A stretch of DNA of 64,000 bases from a bacterium (GCA_965219955.1 OZ244799.1:1632001-1696000), one strand, 5' to 3'. Shown: positions 22,149 to 33,967, counted from the first letter of the stretch. Notes: generated from the sequence alone by a model not told the origin. A program made the numbers and translations.

Positions 22149-23452
22149 TTCCGAGATACACGCGCCCTGAAATGGCGAAAATATGGGGAGAACGGGAAAA
22201 ACTGCAGCGCATGCTCGACGTGGAGATAGCCGTTTGCGAGGAAATGTGCGCGCGCGGCGAAATTCCCAGGGAGGCGCTTGAAGAGATCAAATCGAAAGCG
22301 GCTTTCGAACCCGAGCGAATCAAGGAGATCGAGCGCGTCACAAAGCACGACGTCATCGCCTTTCTCACCAACGTGGCGGAGCACGTGGGGCCGTCCTCAC
22401 GCTACATTCACCTCGGCATGACGAGCAGCGATGTCCTGGATACCGGGCTCGCGCTTCAGCTTGTATCCGCAGCCGACATCATTCTCGATGACATTCGAGA
22501 ACTTGAAACGACCCTGAAAGAACGTGCTCTGGAGCAGAAACGCACCATCATATCGGGCAGAACCCACGGGATGCACGCCGAGCCCACAACTTTGGGCCTC
22601 AAAATAGCCACGTGGTACACCGAGTTCGAGCGCGCATATGAGCGAATGCAAAACGCACGTGAAGCCGTACGCGTCGGCCAGATATCAGGCGCTGTGGGCG
22701 CGTGCCCCCACATCCCGCCGGATGCCGAAGAGGCCATTTGCGAGCGCCTGGGTCTCGAGGTCGACCGCGTGAGCAGCCAAATCATCCAGCGCGACCGCCA
22801 TGCCGAGTATCACCTTGCTCTCGCCCTGGTGGCGGCGAGCATCTCCCGCGTGGCGACGGAAGTGCGCCACCTGCAAAGGAACGAAGTGGGCGAGGCGGAA
22901 GAGTTCTTCAGCAAGGGCCAGAAAGGGAGTTCCGCCATGCCCCACAAGAGAAACCCCGTGGTTTCGGAACAACTGTGCGGTCTGGCCCGTGTGGTGCAGG
23001 GAAACGCCACGGCGGCCCTGCAGAACGTCCCCTTATGGCACGAACGCGACATCTCCCACTCATCCGTTGAACGCGTGATATTGCCGGATAGCACGATTCT
23101 CGTAGATTACATGCTGGTCAAACTCAACGATTTGATGAAGAGTTGGGTCGTCTATCCCGACAAGATGCTGGAAAACCTCGCGCGCTCGAAGGGTTTGCTC
23201 CTCAGTGAGCACGTCATGCTCGCATTGATTCGCAAAACGGGCATCACGCGGGAGGAAGCCTACGCGCGGGTTCAGGCTCCCGCCATGGAAGTATGGGCCG
23301 AGGGAGGCGATTTCCAGGCGAAATTGGCGGCGGATCCCCAAGTGGGCGGCGTGTTGGGAGAAGAGGAGCTCGCCCACTGCTTCGACATGGACGCCCATCT
23401 GAATAATCTGGACCGAATTTTCGAACGCGTTTTCGGCCCCGATAAGGAATGA
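22145..23452 (+). CDS. purB: Adenylosuccinate lyase
   Basis: MIPRY, TKHDVIAF, GRTHGMHAEP, GSSAMPHKRNP. Confidence 0.97.
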   Translation: MIPRYTRPEMAKIWGEREKLQRMLDVEIAVCEEMCARGEIPREALEEIKSKAAFEPERIKEIERVTKHDVIAFLTNVAEHVGPSSRYIHLGMTSSDVLDTGLALQLVSAADIILDDIRELETTLKERALEQKRTIISGRTHGMHAEPTTLGLKIATWYTEFERAYERMQNAREAVRVGQISGAVGACPHIPPDAEEAICERLGLEVDRVSSQIIQRDRHAEYHLALALVAASISRVATEVRHLQRNEVGEAEEFFSKGQKGSSAMPHKRNPVVSEQLCGLARVVQGNATAALQNVPLWHERDISHSSVERVILPDSTILVDYMLVKLNDLMKSWVVYPDKMLENLARSKGLLLSEHVMLALIRKTGITREEAYARVQAPAMEVWAEGGDFQAKLAADPQVGGVLGEEELAHCFDMDAHLNNLDRIFERVFGPDKE

Positions 23453-23604
23453 AACTGAATACACGGGGTGACAAACACAGGCTCGTTTATGTTAGGATAG
23501 CGGCTCTTGACCGCCCGGAATGGTCGTTTTCTAACCCGTTCAAATGATGGAATAACTCTTAAAACGAAGGTTCGAATTTGCGATCCTCGAATGGAGAATT
23601 GTTC

Positions 23605-24318
23605 ATGGAACACGGCAAACAGGTTTACGAAGGCAAGGCCAAGATCATCTACGAGACCGATAACCCAGACTACTATATCCAGTTCTTCAAGGATGATGCT
23701 TCCGCATTCAACGCCAAGAAGCTGGGCACTATCGAATCCAAAGGCGTATTCAACAACTCCATCTCCTCTCGCCTGCTGCAAGAAGTGGAGCGTCAGGGCG
23801 TGCCCACGCATTTCGTGGAAAAACTCTCCGAGCGGGAGATGCTGGTGAAAAAACTCGACATCATTCTGGTCGAAGTGGTGTTGAGGAATATCATCGCGGG
23901 AAGTCTGGCCAAGAGAATGGGCGTGGAAGAAGGCGCGCGTCTTCCTAACACGATCGTCGACCTGCATCTGAAAAACGATGACCTTGATGACCCGCTCATC
24001 AACGAAGACACCGCCGTGGCCTTCGGCTTGGCGACACGCGAAGAACTCGCCGAGATGCGCGAATACGCCTTCAAGGTGAACGACATCCTCACTTCGTTTT
24101 TCTCCGAGCGCAACATCGACCTCGTGGATTTCAAGCTCGAATTCGGACGCTGTGCGGCCGAGGGCGGCAAGCTGCTGCTGGGAGATGAAATCACGCCGGA
24201 TGGTTGCCGTTTCTGGGAGAAGGGAACGGGCCGGAAACTGGACAAGGACCGCTTCCGCAGGGATTTAGGACAGGTCGAAGACGCATACGCCGAAGTCGAA
24301 AAACTCGTCATCGAATAA
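23605..24318 (+). CDS. purC: SAICAR synthase
   Basis: YEGKAK, FKDDASAFN, LVDFKLEFG, DEITPDGCRFW, LDKDRFR. Confidence 0.97.
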   Translation: MEHGKQVYEGKAKIIYETDNPDYYIQFFKDDASAFNAKKLGTIESKGVFNNSISSRLLQEVERQGVPTHFVEKLSEREMLVKKLDIILVEVVLRNIIAGSLAKRMGVEEGARLPNTIVDLHLKNDDLDDPLINEDTAVAFGLATREELAEMREYAFKVNDILTSFFSERNIDLVDFKLEFGRCAAEGGKLLLGDEITPDGCRFWEKGTGRKLDKDRFRRDLGQVEDAYAEVEKLVIE

Positions 24319-24337
24319 CTTTCGCCCTGAGGTAGCG

Positions 24338-24598
24338 ATGCCGAAAGCCCTGGTCTACGTGACATTCAAAGCGGGCGTGCTCGACCCCCAGGGGGAAGCC
24401 GTCCGGGGAGCACTCTCCTCCCTTGGATTCAAGGGCGTAAACGACGTGCGCGTCGGGAAATTCATCGAGATTGAACTCGAAGACACCGACGACATTCTTG
24501 CCGAACTGGAGAGAATGTGCCAGGACCTGCTCGCCAACCCCGTCATCGAAGACTACCGCATCGAAATAGCGAATGAATCCACCAACGGCGGGAGATGA
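24338..24598 (+). CDS. purS: FGAM synthase subunit PurS
   Basis: VLDPQG, VRVGKFIE, LLANPVIEDY. Confidence 0.95.
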   Translation: MPKALVYVTFKAGVLDPQGEAVRGALSSLGFKGVNDVRVGKFIEIELEDTDDILAELERMCQDLLANPVIEDYRIEIANESTNGGR

Positions 24599-25296
24599 GA
24601 ATGCAATTCGCCGTCATCGTCTTTCCCGGCTCCAATTGCGATCACGACTGCTACCACGCCATCAAGGACGTTCTAAAACAGCCGGTGAGATTCGTCTGGC
24701 ACAAGGAAGCCTCTCTTGGAGACGCGGAGGTGGTGATACTCCCCGGAGGCTTCAGCTACGGGGATTACCTAAGGGCCGGCGCCATTTCGCGCTTTTCTCC
24801 CATCATGAAGGCCGTTACCACGCATGCACGTGAGGGGCGTCCCCTGCTCGGCATATGCAACGGCTTCCAGTGCCTGACCGAATCAGGACTCCTGCCCGGA
24901 GCCCTGAGACGAAACGAGTCGCTTCGCTTCGTTTGCGATGATGTCCGGCTCAAATGCGTGACGTCGAGAACTCCCTTTACCTGTGGCATCGAGCCGGAAG
25001 AAATCCTCAAAATGACCATCGCGCACGGCGAGGGAAACTACTTCTGCGATTCCGATACGCTCGCCGCACTCGAAGACAACGATCAGATCGTTTTTCGCTA
25101 CACGGACGCAAATGGTGACGTGAATCCCGAATCGAATCCCAACGGATCGATGGAAAACATCGCGGGCATATGCAACTTGCAGGGTAACGTGGTTGGCCTC
25201 ATGCCGCATCCCGAGCGAAGCTGCGATTCTCTTCTGGGCGGGGAAGACGGGTTACGGATGTTCATGTCCGTCGTGCGAAAGATGGTTTCATCGTGA
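24595..25296 (+). CDS. purQ: FGAM synthase glutaminase subunit
   Basis: [31 protein letters not shown]. Confidence 0.97.
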   Translation: MRMQFAVIVFPGSNCDHDCYHAIKDVLKQPVRFVWHKEASLGDAEVVILPGGFSYGDYLRAGAISRFSPIMKAVTTHAREGRPLLGICNGFQCLTESGLLPGALRRNESLRFVCDDVRLKCVTSRTPFTCGIEPEEILKMTIAHGEGNYFCDSDTLAALEDNDQIVFRYTDANGDVNPESNPNGSMENIAGICNLQGNVVGLMPHPERSCDSLLGGEDGLRMFMSVVRKMVSS

Positions 25297-27530
25297 TCAC
25301 GACAGACACGATCGTAACGCGGGAGATGGCCCTCGACCACGGCCTTTCCCCGGACGAATGGAAGAAGATTACGGAAACCCTGGGGCGCAAGCCCAACGTC
25401 ACGGAACTCGGCGTATTCTCCGCCATGTGGAACGAGCACTGCTCGTACAAGAGCAGCCGCATTCACCTGAAAAAATTTCCCACGCAGAGCCCCCATGTCC
25501 TGCAGGGACCCGGAGAAAACGCCGGCGTCGTCGATCTCGGCGAGGGCATGGCCGTCGCATTCAAGATGGAAAGCCACAATCACCCCTCCTTCATCGAACC
25601 ATACCAGGGTGCCGCCACCGGGGTGGGCGGTATTTTGCGAGATATCTTCACGATGGGCGCAAGACCCATCGCGCTGCTCGACAGCCTGCGTTTCGGGGCT
25701 CCGGAACATCCCCGCACCCCCTATCTCGTCGGTGGCGTCGTTGGCGGCATCGCGGGCTATGGAAATTGCATCGGTGTTCCAACGGTGGGCGGAGAAACGA
25801 AATTTCACCCCTGCTATAACGGGAACATTCTGGTGAACGTCATGTGCGCGGGCATCATGCGATCAGACGCCATATTCCGGGGCACGGCTTCCGGCGTTGG
25901 GAATCCGGTCATCTATGTCGGGGCGCCCACCGGGCGGGACGGCATCCATGGCGCGTCCATGGCATCGGCGGGCTTCGACGATTCCGCCCTCGAAAAAAGA
26001 CCCACCGTTCAGGTGGGGGATCCGTTTCGGGAAAAACTCCTGCTCGAGGCGTGCCTGGAGCTGATGAAGCGCGGCGCCGTGGTCGGCATTCAGGATATGG
26101 GCGCCGCCGGGCTCACCTCGTCTTCCGTCGAAATGGCGGGCCGCGCCGGCACAGGGCTTCTCCTCCGCCTGGATGCGGTTCCTTGCCGGGAAGAGGAGAT
26201 GACGCCATATGAGATGATGCTCTCGGAAAGCCAGGAGAGGATGCTGCTCGTAGCGGAAAAAGGAAGAGAACCCGAGGTGCGGGAGATATTCGAACGGTGG
26301 GACCTCCCAATGTCCGTCGTGGGGGAAGTGACCGGAGACGGGAGGCTTCGCGCAACTTTCGGAGGGGATGAAGTCGCCGACCTGCCGGTATCATCGCTGA
26401 CGGATGATGCGCCGACTTATGACCGCCCAAGAAAACCCGAGCGCGGGCTTCCACACGACGATCCGCTACTCAAACTGCCGGATCCTGAGGACATGGGCTC
26501 CACTCTGATCAAGATGCTGGGCCACCCCAACCACGGAGACAAAAAACCGATATGGCGCCAGTATGACTATAATGTTCGCACGAACACGTTGACCCCTCCG
26601 GGCGGAGACGCCGCCATCATCCGTCTGAAAGGTACGAACAAGGCGTTGGCCCTTACGACAGATGGGAACGCACGATACGGCATGCTCGATCCCTACAAGG
26701 GGGGGATGCTCGCCGTGGCGGAAGCAGCGCGAAACATCTGCTGCGTAGGCGCAAGGCCGCTCGCGATCACCAATTGCCTCAACTTCGGCAATCCCGAGCG
26801 CCCCGCGGTCATGGCTCAATTCTCTCTCTCGATCGAGGGCATGGCCCAGGCTTGCCGTTTTCTGGACCTGCCCGTGGTGAGCGGAAACGTGAGTTTTTAC
26901 AACGAAACGCACGAGGTCGACATTTACCCCACACCGATCATCGGCATGGTCGGCTTGCTCGATGACATTCAAAAAAGATCAGGCCACGGGTTCGTCTCCG
27001 AGAATGACGCCATCGCCCTGATACACCCCAAAGACGAAGCGCCATTGCCGAAAACATGCGCTCATGAGTATGTGTGGCTGGAAACGGGCCAGGAGGGAGG
27101 GGACGCCCCGCCGATATCCCTGGATGCGGAAAAAGCCGTGCAGACAGCCTGCAGGCGCGGCATCGATATGGGTCTGGTGCGCTCCGCTCACGATCTTTCC
27201 GAAGGCGGATTGGGAATCTCTCTGGCCGAATCCGCTATCGCATCACCCAATAGCAGGTTTGGGGTCGAGGTGTGGCTTCCCGAGCAGGAGGGCAGACTCG
27301 ACGGCTTGCTGTATGGCGAGGCTGCATCGCGCATTTTGGTGAGCGTATCTCCTCACGCGGTGGACACTCTGCAAGAGGCCGTACAGAGTTGCGGAGCAGA
27401 ACTTACGCGTATCGGTCGTGTCCAGGAGGGTGCTTTCGTCGTCAAAACCCCCGATAATGTTCCTTTGATTGATTTAGCCATGCCGCACATTGTGGCGGCA
27501 TGGTCAGGCGCCCTCTCCGAGGTGATGTGA
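25293..27530 (+). CDS. purL: FGAM synthase subunit PurL
   Basis: [39 protein letters not shown]. Confidence 0.97.
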   Translation: MITTDTIVTREMALDHGLSPDEWKKITETLGRKPNVTELGVFSAMWNEHCSYKSSRIHLKKFPTQSPHVLQGPGENAGVVDLGEGMAVAFKMESHNHPSFIEPYQGAATGVGGILRDIFTMGARPIALLDSLRFGAPEHPRTPYLVGGVVGGIAGYGNCIGVPTVGGETKFHPCYNGNILVNVMCAGIMRSDAIFRGTASGVGNPVIYVGAPTGRDGIHGASMASAGFDDSALEKRPTVQVGDPFREKLLLEACLELMKRGAVVGIQDMGAAGLTSSSVEMAGRAGTGLLLRLDAVPCREEEMTPYEMMLSESQERMLLVAEKGREPEVREIFERWDLPMSVVGEVTGDGRLRATFGGDEVADLPVSSLTDDAPTYDRPRKPERGLPHDDPLLKLPDPEDMGSTLIKMLGHPNHGDKKPIWRQYDYNVRTNTLTPPGGDAAIIRLKGTNKALALTTDGNARYGMLDPYKGGMLAVAEAARNICCVGARPLAITNCLNFGNPERPAVMAQFSLSIEGMAQACRFLDLPVVSGNVSFYNETHEVDIYPTPIIGMVGLLDDIQKRSGHGFVSENDAIALIHPKDEAPLPKTCAHEYVWLETGQEGGDAPPISLDAEKAVQTACRRGIDMGLVRSAHDLSEGGLGISLAESAIASPNSRFGVEVWLPEQEGRLDGLLYGEAASRILVSVSPHAVDTLQEAVQSCGAELTRIGRVQEGAFVVKTPDNVPLIDLAMPHIVAAWSGALSEVM

Positions 27531-27531
27531 G

Positions 27532-28980
27532 ATGTCTGTATGGATAGATGACCATCCAAAAGAGGAATGCGGCGTATTTGGGATTTACGGCCATCCCGAG
27601 GCGGCCAATATGGCCTATCTGGGTCTCTACGCTCTTCAGCACAGAGGACAGGAGAGTGCGGGCATCGTAGCCTCAGATGGAGAAAGGGTACACAGTGAAG
27701 TCGGCATGGGTCTCGTTGCTGATGTTTTCACCGAAGAGCGCATCACCAAACTGCAAGGACGCATCGCCATCGGGCACAATCGCTATTCCACGGCGGGGCA
27801 ATCCGACATCAAAAACGCCCAACCTTTTTTGGTGAATTACGCCAAAGGAACACTCGCTCTCGGCCACAACGGAAACCTTGTCAACGGCGGAGCGTTGCGC
27901 GAAGAGTTGGAAGCCAACGGATCCATATTTCGCAGCACTACGGACAGCGAGGTTATTCTGCATCTCATCGCCCGTTCCGCGGAAAAAACCACTGAGGGCG
28001 CCATCATAGAAGCCGTTCAACGATTAGAGGGCGCCTACACGCTCACGATGATGACGGAAGATATGTTGATTGGCATCCGCGACCCCCACGGCTTTCGTCC
28101 CCTGGTTCTGGGCAAACTCCCCGCAGACGAGACCGGGGGCGATTCCTGGGTGCTCACGAGCGAAACCTGCGCGCTCGATCTGATAGACGCCGAATATATC
28201 CGCGAAATCGAACCCGGCGAGATGGTCATAATCGATCAAGACGGATTCAGAAGTATCACTCATTCTCCACCTCTTGAACATCAGCAATGTATTTTTGAAT
28301 TCATCTATTTCGCCCGTCCGGACAGTTTCATTTTCGGGAAAAACGCATACGCCTTCAGGAAAAAACTGGGCGCTCGGCTCGCCGAGGAAGACAACGTGGA
28401 GGCGGATATCGTCACACCCGTTCCGGACTCGGGCCTGTCGGCCGCGCTCGGATACGCAGATGCTTCGGGGCTTCCTCTGGAATGGGGCCTGATACGCAAC
28501 CACTACGTGGGCCGCACATTTATCGAACCGGAACAATCCATTCGAAATTTCGGCGTCAAACTGAAATTGAACCCCATGAAAGAATTCCTGGAGGATAAAC
28601 GCGTCGTAGTAGTTGATGACTCCCTCGTCAGGGGCACGACGAGCAAGAAGATCGTTGAACTCATCCGGCGAGCCGGCGCAAAAGAAGTTCACATGCGCAT
28701 CAGTTCTCCTCCCATCACCCACCCGTGTTTTTTCGGCATCGATATGCCTACCCTTGCGGAACTGAAGGCATCCTCGAACAGCGTCGAGGAAATCAGGCAA
28801 TTCCTGGAGGCGGATAGTCTGAACTATTTATCCCTGGAGGGCATGCTGAGTTGCGCCCACCCGAATGAAGAGGCATTTTGCACGGCTTGTTTTTCCGGGG
28901 AATATCCGATTCCTGTCGAACAAAGCGACTATCAACTCTCTCTTTTCCGGGATTTGCGCACCTCGGAGCACCGCGCATAA
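27532..28980 (+). CDS. purF: Amidophosphoribosyltransferase
   Basis: EECGVFG, LQHRGQESAG, CIFEFIYFARPDS, VDDSLVRGTT. Confidence 0.97.
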   Translation: MSVWIDDHPKEECGVFGIYGHPEAANMAYLGLYALQHRGQESAGIVASDGERVHSEVGMGLVADVFTEERITKLQGRIAIGHNRYSTAGQSDIKNAQPFLVNYAKGTLALGHNGNLVNGGALREELEANGSIFRSTTDSEVILHLIARSAEKTTEGAIIEAVQRLEGAYTLTMMTEDMLIGIRDPHGFRPLVLGKLPADETGGDSWVLTSETCALDLIDAEYIREIEPGEMVIIDQDGFRSITHSPPLEHQQCIFEFIYFARPDSFIFGKNAYAFRKKLGARLAEEDNVEADIVTPVPDSGLSAALGYADASGLPLEWGLIRNHYVGRTFIEPEQSIRNFGVKLKLNPMKEFLEDKRVVVVDDSLVRGTTSKKIVELIRRAGAKEVHMRISSPPITHPCFFGIDMPTLAELKASSNSVEEIRQFLEADSLNYLSLEGMLSCAHPNEEAFCTACFSGEYPIPVEQSDYQLSLFRDLRTSEHRA

Positions 28981-29081
28981 CCAGTTTGACCAAGCTTATC
29001 GGTGATTGTTATCCTGTCTGTTGTTTTCATGATTATTTCATCTCTTTTAGTAAATAGCCAAAGAATCAGGGAGAAGGTTTC

Positions 29082-30842
29082 TTGCTAATTCAACGAAGAT
29101 GTTTTCTCCTGATGTGCATGTTCGTGATGGGTTGCAGCGCAGTGCCCCTCGCTCAAAGCGGAATTCAGCCGAAGAAAATACCAGATGGCATCTCCATAGA
29201 GGCGCACAACCCTCCTGATCCCCAAAAAACGGTTCTACTCCCTCCTCCGGTTCCAGAATCCGCAACGCCCAAACCACCCGAAGCCGCTCCGAAAGAATCG
29301 CCTATGGCCTCGGTATCCATACCATTGAACGGCACCGAAGCGGATAAAATCACAAAGCCGTCAGACCCTGTAGATTCCAAAGATGAAAAGGCGGATAAAG
29401 ACTCTGAACCTTCCCCGCATGACATCAGCCTGCCGGTGCCCGACATCGAAGAAAGACTCAAGGTCCGACCAACACCGGAAGCCAAGAAACCCAAGGCTTT
29501 TTTGTATGACGTCCCCGTGGTTCGCAATGCCATCGTGGATCGGTGGATTGCGTACTTTACGGGTTCCGGACGCGCCAGTTTTTCCATCTGGTTGAGCAGG
29601 GGGGGACGCTATATCAAATTGTTCCGTGAAATTCTGAAGGAACACCAACTACCGCAGGACCTGGCGTATCTCTCTTTGATTGAGAGCGGATTCAGCCCGA
29701 AGGCACGCTCCAGAGCCGGCGCGGTTGGTCCCTGGCAGTTCATGCCGGCCACTGCGAGGCGAATGGGCCTGAAAATTAACTATTATGTGGATGAGCGCCG
29801 CCACCCGATGAAATCCACGCGTGCGGCTTCGGCCTATCTATCGAAACTTTACGAGGAATTCGGCGACTGGCATTTGGCGCTTGCCGCATACAACGCGGGA
29901 GAGCGCCGCATCGCCAGGGCCATTCGCAGATCGAAGCGAAAAGACTACTGGTCACTCGCCAGAACAAGATACCTGCCCAACGAAACACGCAACTACGTTG
30001 CGAAGTATCTGGCAGGAATGATTATCGCCAAAAACCCGGAAGTTTTCGGATTCGTGGACATAGAATATGCCAACTCCTGGGACTACAAAGCCGTCAAACT
30101 TTCGCATGGCACCAGCTTGAGAGCGATTTCCCGTATTTCGAACGTCTCTCTGCGCACTTTGAGGGAAATCAATGCGGAGCTGAGAACCTCCGTCACGCCT
30201 CCGGGCAATGGATACCATCTTTTTCTCCCGGTTCAAGAGGCAGAGAAATTTGCCGTGAAACTGGCGAAACTGACCAAGAAATATCACGCTTCTCCCAATG
30301 GCTACCGCATACAGCCGGGCGATACTTTCGGCGCCATAGCGCAAAGGTTCGGAGTCCCGCTAGACAGGATCCTCGAACTGAACACCCATCTTCATCCCAG
30401 AAAACTCCAAGTGGGCGCCAAAATTCTTCTGCCGAAACCGCCCAAAAAACTGAAAGCGGCTCTACAAAATACCGCACCGGCAAATGGGGTTGCCCCTTTG
30501 CCGAAGTTGCATGTCGTGCAAGAAGGTGAAAACTTTTCGCTCATTGCCCAGAAATACAACATCTCCACCGAAGAGTTGGTGCAGACCAATGCCGGAATCG
30601 AACCCAAGCGCCTGCGCATCGGCATGCAAATACACCTTCCTTCCCAAAAACACATCGCAAAAACCGAAAAGAGCGAGATAAAAAAGCGAGATAAACCATT
30701 GCACCACCTCGTCGGTCCGGGAGAGAACATCTGGCTCATCGCCAAGCGGTACGGAGTTTCAACAAAATCTCTACTCTCCTGGAACCGGCTGAGCGCCTCG
30801 GCCAAAATTTTCCCCGGAGAAAAACTCATCGTTCGCCGCTAG
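29082..30842 (+). CDS. MltD-like lytic transglycosylase lipoprotein with three LysM domains
   Basis: Lipobox VMGC, IESGF, GPWQFM, AAYNAGE, ETRNYV. Three LysM repeats (GDTFGAIA, GENFSLIA, GENIWLIA). Confidence 0.9.
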   Translation: MLIQRRCFLLMCMFVMGCSAVPLAQSGIQPKKIPDGISIEAHNPPDPQKTVLLPPPVPESATPKPPEAAPKESPMASVSIPLNGTEADKITKPSDPVDSKDEKADKDSEPSPHDISLPVPDIEERLKVRPTPEAKKPKAFLYDVPVVRNAIVDRWIAYFTGSGRASFSIWLSRGGRYIKLFREILKEHQLPQDLAYLSLIESGFSPKARSRAGAVGPWQFMPATARRMGLKINYYVDERRHPMKSTRAASAYLSKLYEEFGDWHLALAAYNAGERRIARAIRRSKRKDYWSLARTRYLPNETRNYVAKYLAGMIIAKNPEVFGFVDIEYANSWDYKAVKLSHGTSLRAISRISNVSLRTLREINAELRTSVTPPGNGYHLFLPVQEAEKFAVKLAKLTKKYHASPNGYRIQPGDTFGAIAQRFGVPLDRILELNTHLHPRKLQVGAKILLPKPPKKLKAALQNTAPANGVAPLPKLHVVQEGENFSLIAQKYNISTEELVQTNAGIEPKRLRIGMQIHLPSQKHIAKTEKSEIKKRDKPLHHLVGPGENIWLIAKRYGVSTKSLLSWNRLSASAKIFPGEKLIVRR

Positions 30843-30855
30843 AATCAAAGGTTTC

Positions 30856-30885
30856 TTGACACCTGCTTTCATGCTCTCCTAAGAT
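30856..30885 (+). promoter_or_regulatory. Sigma70-type promoter upstream of bamD
   Basis: TTGACA (30856-30861), 18 nt, TAAGAT (30880-30885). Confidence 0.6.
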
Positions 30886-30901
30886 TCCAGATAAGACGAA
30901 G

Positions 30902-31711
30902 TTGCACGACGATATTTCCTTTTCGGTAGAGAAAAATATGCCTAAACGTTCTATTCACGAGGTCATGTTAGTTTCTTTCTCCCTGGTTTGCGTGCTGCTT
31001 CTCCTGAGCGGGTGTGTCTCGCGTCCGAAGCAGCAGGCGTCACCCGGAGAATTGCTCGTCATCGGAGAGGAGGATTTGCGGGCTGAGCGTTTCGAGGCGG
31101 CGCGCCTCGCGTTCAAGCGCCTGCTGGAAGAACACCCTGACAGCAAGCACCGCCGAAGCGCGCTGTTGCGTTTGGGAGATTCATACTTCCACGCGGAAGA
31201 ATACATTGAATCGAAGCTGCAATACGCCGAATACGTGCGCCTCTATCCTGTAAGCGCTGGAACGCCGAAAGCGTACTATTTCCTCGCGATGAGCGATTAT
31301 GAGAGAAATCTCGCCATCGACCAAGACGCTTCTGTTGCAAGAGATGCCCTCAAGAATTTCCAAACTCTCGTGCGTCGCTTCCCCGGATCGGAATACACGG
31401 CCGATGCGAAGCAGAAGATATCGGAATTAAGAGACCATCTCGCCAAAAACGCTCTGTTTATCGCGAATTTTTACTTCAGGACGAATCTGCGCGTCTCCGC
31501 GATTCCGCGCTACAAAGAGATAATTCGAGATTTTGAAGATGTCCCCCATGTCCGTGCTGAAGCCATGTACAAGCTGGGGGAAAGCTACAGGATAGAAGAG
31601 AGTTTCAAGAAAGCGGGAGAGGCCTATCGTTCCGTATTGGAATCTTATCCCGATGACCAGTATGCTTCACCCGCATACAACAGTCTCCTCGTCCTCACAG
31701 GCAAAAAATGA
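30902..31711 (+). CDS. bamD: Outer-membrane assembly lipoprotein BamD (start uncertain)
   Basis: Lipobox LSGC, TPR repeats, DQ...A...F..LV.RFP.SEY pattern. Confidence 0.85.
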   Translation: MHDDISFSVEKNMPKRSIHEVMLVSFSLVCVLLLLSGCVSRPKQQASPGELLVIGEEDLRAERFEAARLAFKRLLEEHPDSKHRRSALLRLGDSYFHAEEYIESKLQYAEYVRLYPVSAGTPKAYYFLAMSDYERNLAIDQDASVARDALKNFQTLVRRFPGSEYTADAKQKISELRDHLAKNALFIANFYFRTNLRVSAIPRYKEIIRDFEDVPHVRAEAMYKLGESYRIEESFKKAGEAYRSVLESYPDDQYASPAYNSLLVLTGKK

Positions 31712-31761
31712 TTTGCCACCCATTGTGTCCAAACACCCCAGCCACATGCGAGCAATTTTAG

Positions 31762-32751
31762 ATGACTGAGCCGAACGAAGGCGAGTCCGAAGACAAAAAT
31801 CTGCCTGCCGTACACGACGAGGGGTCCGGCACGAAAAAAACGGATTCCTCCACTGTTAATGAAAACGAGGAGCCACCCACTTTCTCCGGCTCCCCAGGCA
31901 ACTATGATGAAGATACGTCCGCTTCCCCCACCGTGGATACACTTTCCCTCTACATGAGAGACATCGGCAACCACCCCATCCTCAAGCGCGATGAAGAACA
32001 CCGGTTAGCCCTCGCGGCAAGAGATGGGGATGAAAAAGCATTCAATACGCTCATTCGTTCGAATTTGAGATACGTCGTCAGCGTGGCAAATCGTTACAAG
32101 GGCTTCGGTCTTTCACTCGAGGATTTGATAAACGAGGGGAACATCGGGCTGATAAATGCGATCAAACGCTTTGAGCCGGAACGCGGCGTAAAGCTCATCA
32201 CCTACGCCGTATGGTGGATTCGCCAAAGCATCATGCACGCTCTGGCGGATCAGAGGAGCACCGTCCGGCTGCCCGTCAAACAGGCAGGTCTTCTCCACAA
32301 AATCTCCATCACGTACGAGAAGCTCCGGCAGGAATTCAAGCGCGAACCAACGACATCCGAGTTATCCGAACGGTTGGACATGAAAGTGACGGACATCGAG
32401 AAACTTATACGCGCCAATCGCAATTATCTTTCTCTCGACGCGACCATCTCTTCCGACGACGACACCAGCTACCTCGATCTGCTCGAAGAGCAAAGCGCCG
32501 TATCCGTGGAGGATAACGTGGTGCAGCACTCTCTCGAAGAAGAGGTGGAGGACTTGCTCGCAGAGCTCGACCCCAGAGAGCGTGACATCATTCGCATGCG
32601 CTACGGTTTCGACGGAGAGGCGATGACGCTCGAAGAAATCGGAAGAAAACTCGGGCTCTCGCGCGAAAGAATCCGGCAGATAGAAAAAAAAGTGATCACC
32701 CGTTTTCGCGCGGAAGGCACCCACGAGACACTCCATGATTTTTTGAGTTGA
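31762..32751 (+). CDS. Sigma-70 family RNA polymerase sigma factor (RpoD/RpoS-like, lacking region 1.1)
   Basis: SNLRYVVSVA, DLINEGNIGL, TYAVWWIRQ, TLEEIG..LGLSRERIRQIE. Confidence 0.92.
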   Translation: MTEPNEGESEDKNLPAVHDEGSGTKKTDSSTVNENEEPPTFSGSPGNYDEDTSASPTVDTLSLYMRDIGNHPILKRDEEHRLALAARDGDEKAFNTLIRSNLRYVVSVANRYKGFGLSLEDLINEGNIGLINAIKRFEPERGVKLITYAVWWIRQSIMHALADQRSTVRLPVKQAGLLHKISITYEKLRQEFKREPTTSELSERLDMKVTDIEKLIRANRNYLSLDATISSDDDTSYLDLLEEQSAVSVEDNVVQHSLEEEVEDLLAELDPRERDIIRMRYGFDGEAMTLEEIGRKLGLSRERIRQIEKKVITRFRAEGTHETLHDFLS

Positions 32752-32753
32752 CG

Positions 32754-33362
32754 ATGTCCAAGGCAAAACCACAAAAACCTGACGCCTCTCCCGCAAGCTG
32801 GCGGGAGGCGGCCTCACGCATCATCGCGAGTGGAACCAGAGAAAAATTCACGCTAGCGAACAGTCTCACTTTAGCCCGCATCCTGATGGTGCCATTGCTC
32901 GTCCTATTCTTGCTCCAGGGCTCGCCCCCCGCACAATACTTCGCGGCCGGCCTGTTCGTCATGGCGGCTTTCACGGACTGGCTCGACGGCCACCTGGCCA
33001 GAACCCGCGACCAGATCACCCCTCTGGGTGAGATTCTCGACCCTGTGGCCGACAAACTGCTCATCGTCGCTGCCTTGATCCCCCTGGTATCGCTGGGGAA
33101 AGTGGATGCCTGGGTCGTGGGCATCCTGCTGGGCCGGGAGCTTCTGGTGACGGCCTTCCGCGCCGTAGCCATGCGCCGGGGGCTTGTGGTACCGGCGGGA
33201 TTCCTCGGGAAAATCAAGATGGGCCTGGAGGTCGGGGCGATCTTTTTCCTCATCCTGAGCATTTTCCCTCCGCTGGGCACCATTTTGATTTGGGCCGCCA
33301 TGATTGCAGCGGTGGTTTCTGCGATTGATTATTTTCGCCAGATCATTCGAGCCATTTCTTGA
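32754..33362 (+). CDS. pgsA: CDP-diacylglycerol--glycerol-3-phosphate 3-phosphatidyltransferase
   Basis: NSLTLAR, TDWLDGHLAR...LDPVADK, GRE, GKIK. Confidence 0.9.
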   Translation: MSKAKPQKPDASPASWREAASRIIASGTREKFTLANSLTLARILMVPLLVLFLLQGSPPAQYFAAGLFVMAAFTDWLDGHLARTRDQITPLGEILDPVADKLLIVAALIPLVSLGKVDAWVVGILLGRELLVTAFRAVAMRRGLVVPAGFLGKIKMGLEVGAIFFLILSIFPPLGTILIWAAMIAAVVSAIDYFRQIIRAIS

Positions 33363-33967
33363 TGGGCGCTTTTTTTCTCGTCTTTGTGGTGAGCGGATTC
33401 CTGGGAGCCATTCCCTTCGGGGTGGTGATCACCCGTTTGTTCGGCACCGGGGACCCGCGAAAATCGGGCAGCGGCAACATCGGCGCGACGAACGTCTTGA
33501 GAACGAGCGGCTGGAAAAGCGGTGTTCTCACCCTTGCGCTCGACGTGCTGAAAGGCGTCGCCGCCATCCTCTTCGCCCGCTATGTGTCCTCGCGCATCTC
33601 CGCCCCCGCCCTGGAGCCCATCGCCGCCCTTGCGGCGGTTATCGGGCACATGTATTCGCCTTTCACGGGATTTCGCGGGGGCAAGGGCGTGGCCACCGGC
33701 CTGGGGGTGTTCGCCCTCCTGACTCCGGGACCAACGGCCCTCGCCGCGCTGGTCTTTGTTCTCGCGGTGGCCGTGACGCGATACGTCTCTCTCGGTTCCA
33801 TGCTCGCCGCGGCAACCGTGCCGCTCGCAGGCGTTTGGATGAACTACTCCACGTTGGTGTGCGCCTCCTCCGCCCTCATCGCCTTGCTGGTGATTTGGAA
33901 ACATCAGGACAACATCGGGCGATTGATGCAAGGGGAGGAAAATCGCATCGGGCGGAATAAGGGATAA
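33362..33967 (+). CDS. plsY: Glycerol-3-phosphate acyltransferase PlsY
   Basis: GSGNIGATNVLR, DVLKG, GH...F.GGKGVAT, KHQDNI.RL. Confidence 0.95.
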   Translation: MGAFFLVFVVSGFLGAIPFGVVITRLFGTGDPRKSGSGNIGATNVLRTSGWKSGVLTLALDVLKGVAAILFARYVSSRISAPALEPIAALAAVIGHMYSPFTGFRGGKGVATGLGVFALLTPGPTALAALVFVLAVAVTRYVSLGSMLAAATVPLAGVWMNYSTLVCASSALIALLVIWKHQDNIGRLMQGEENRIGRNKG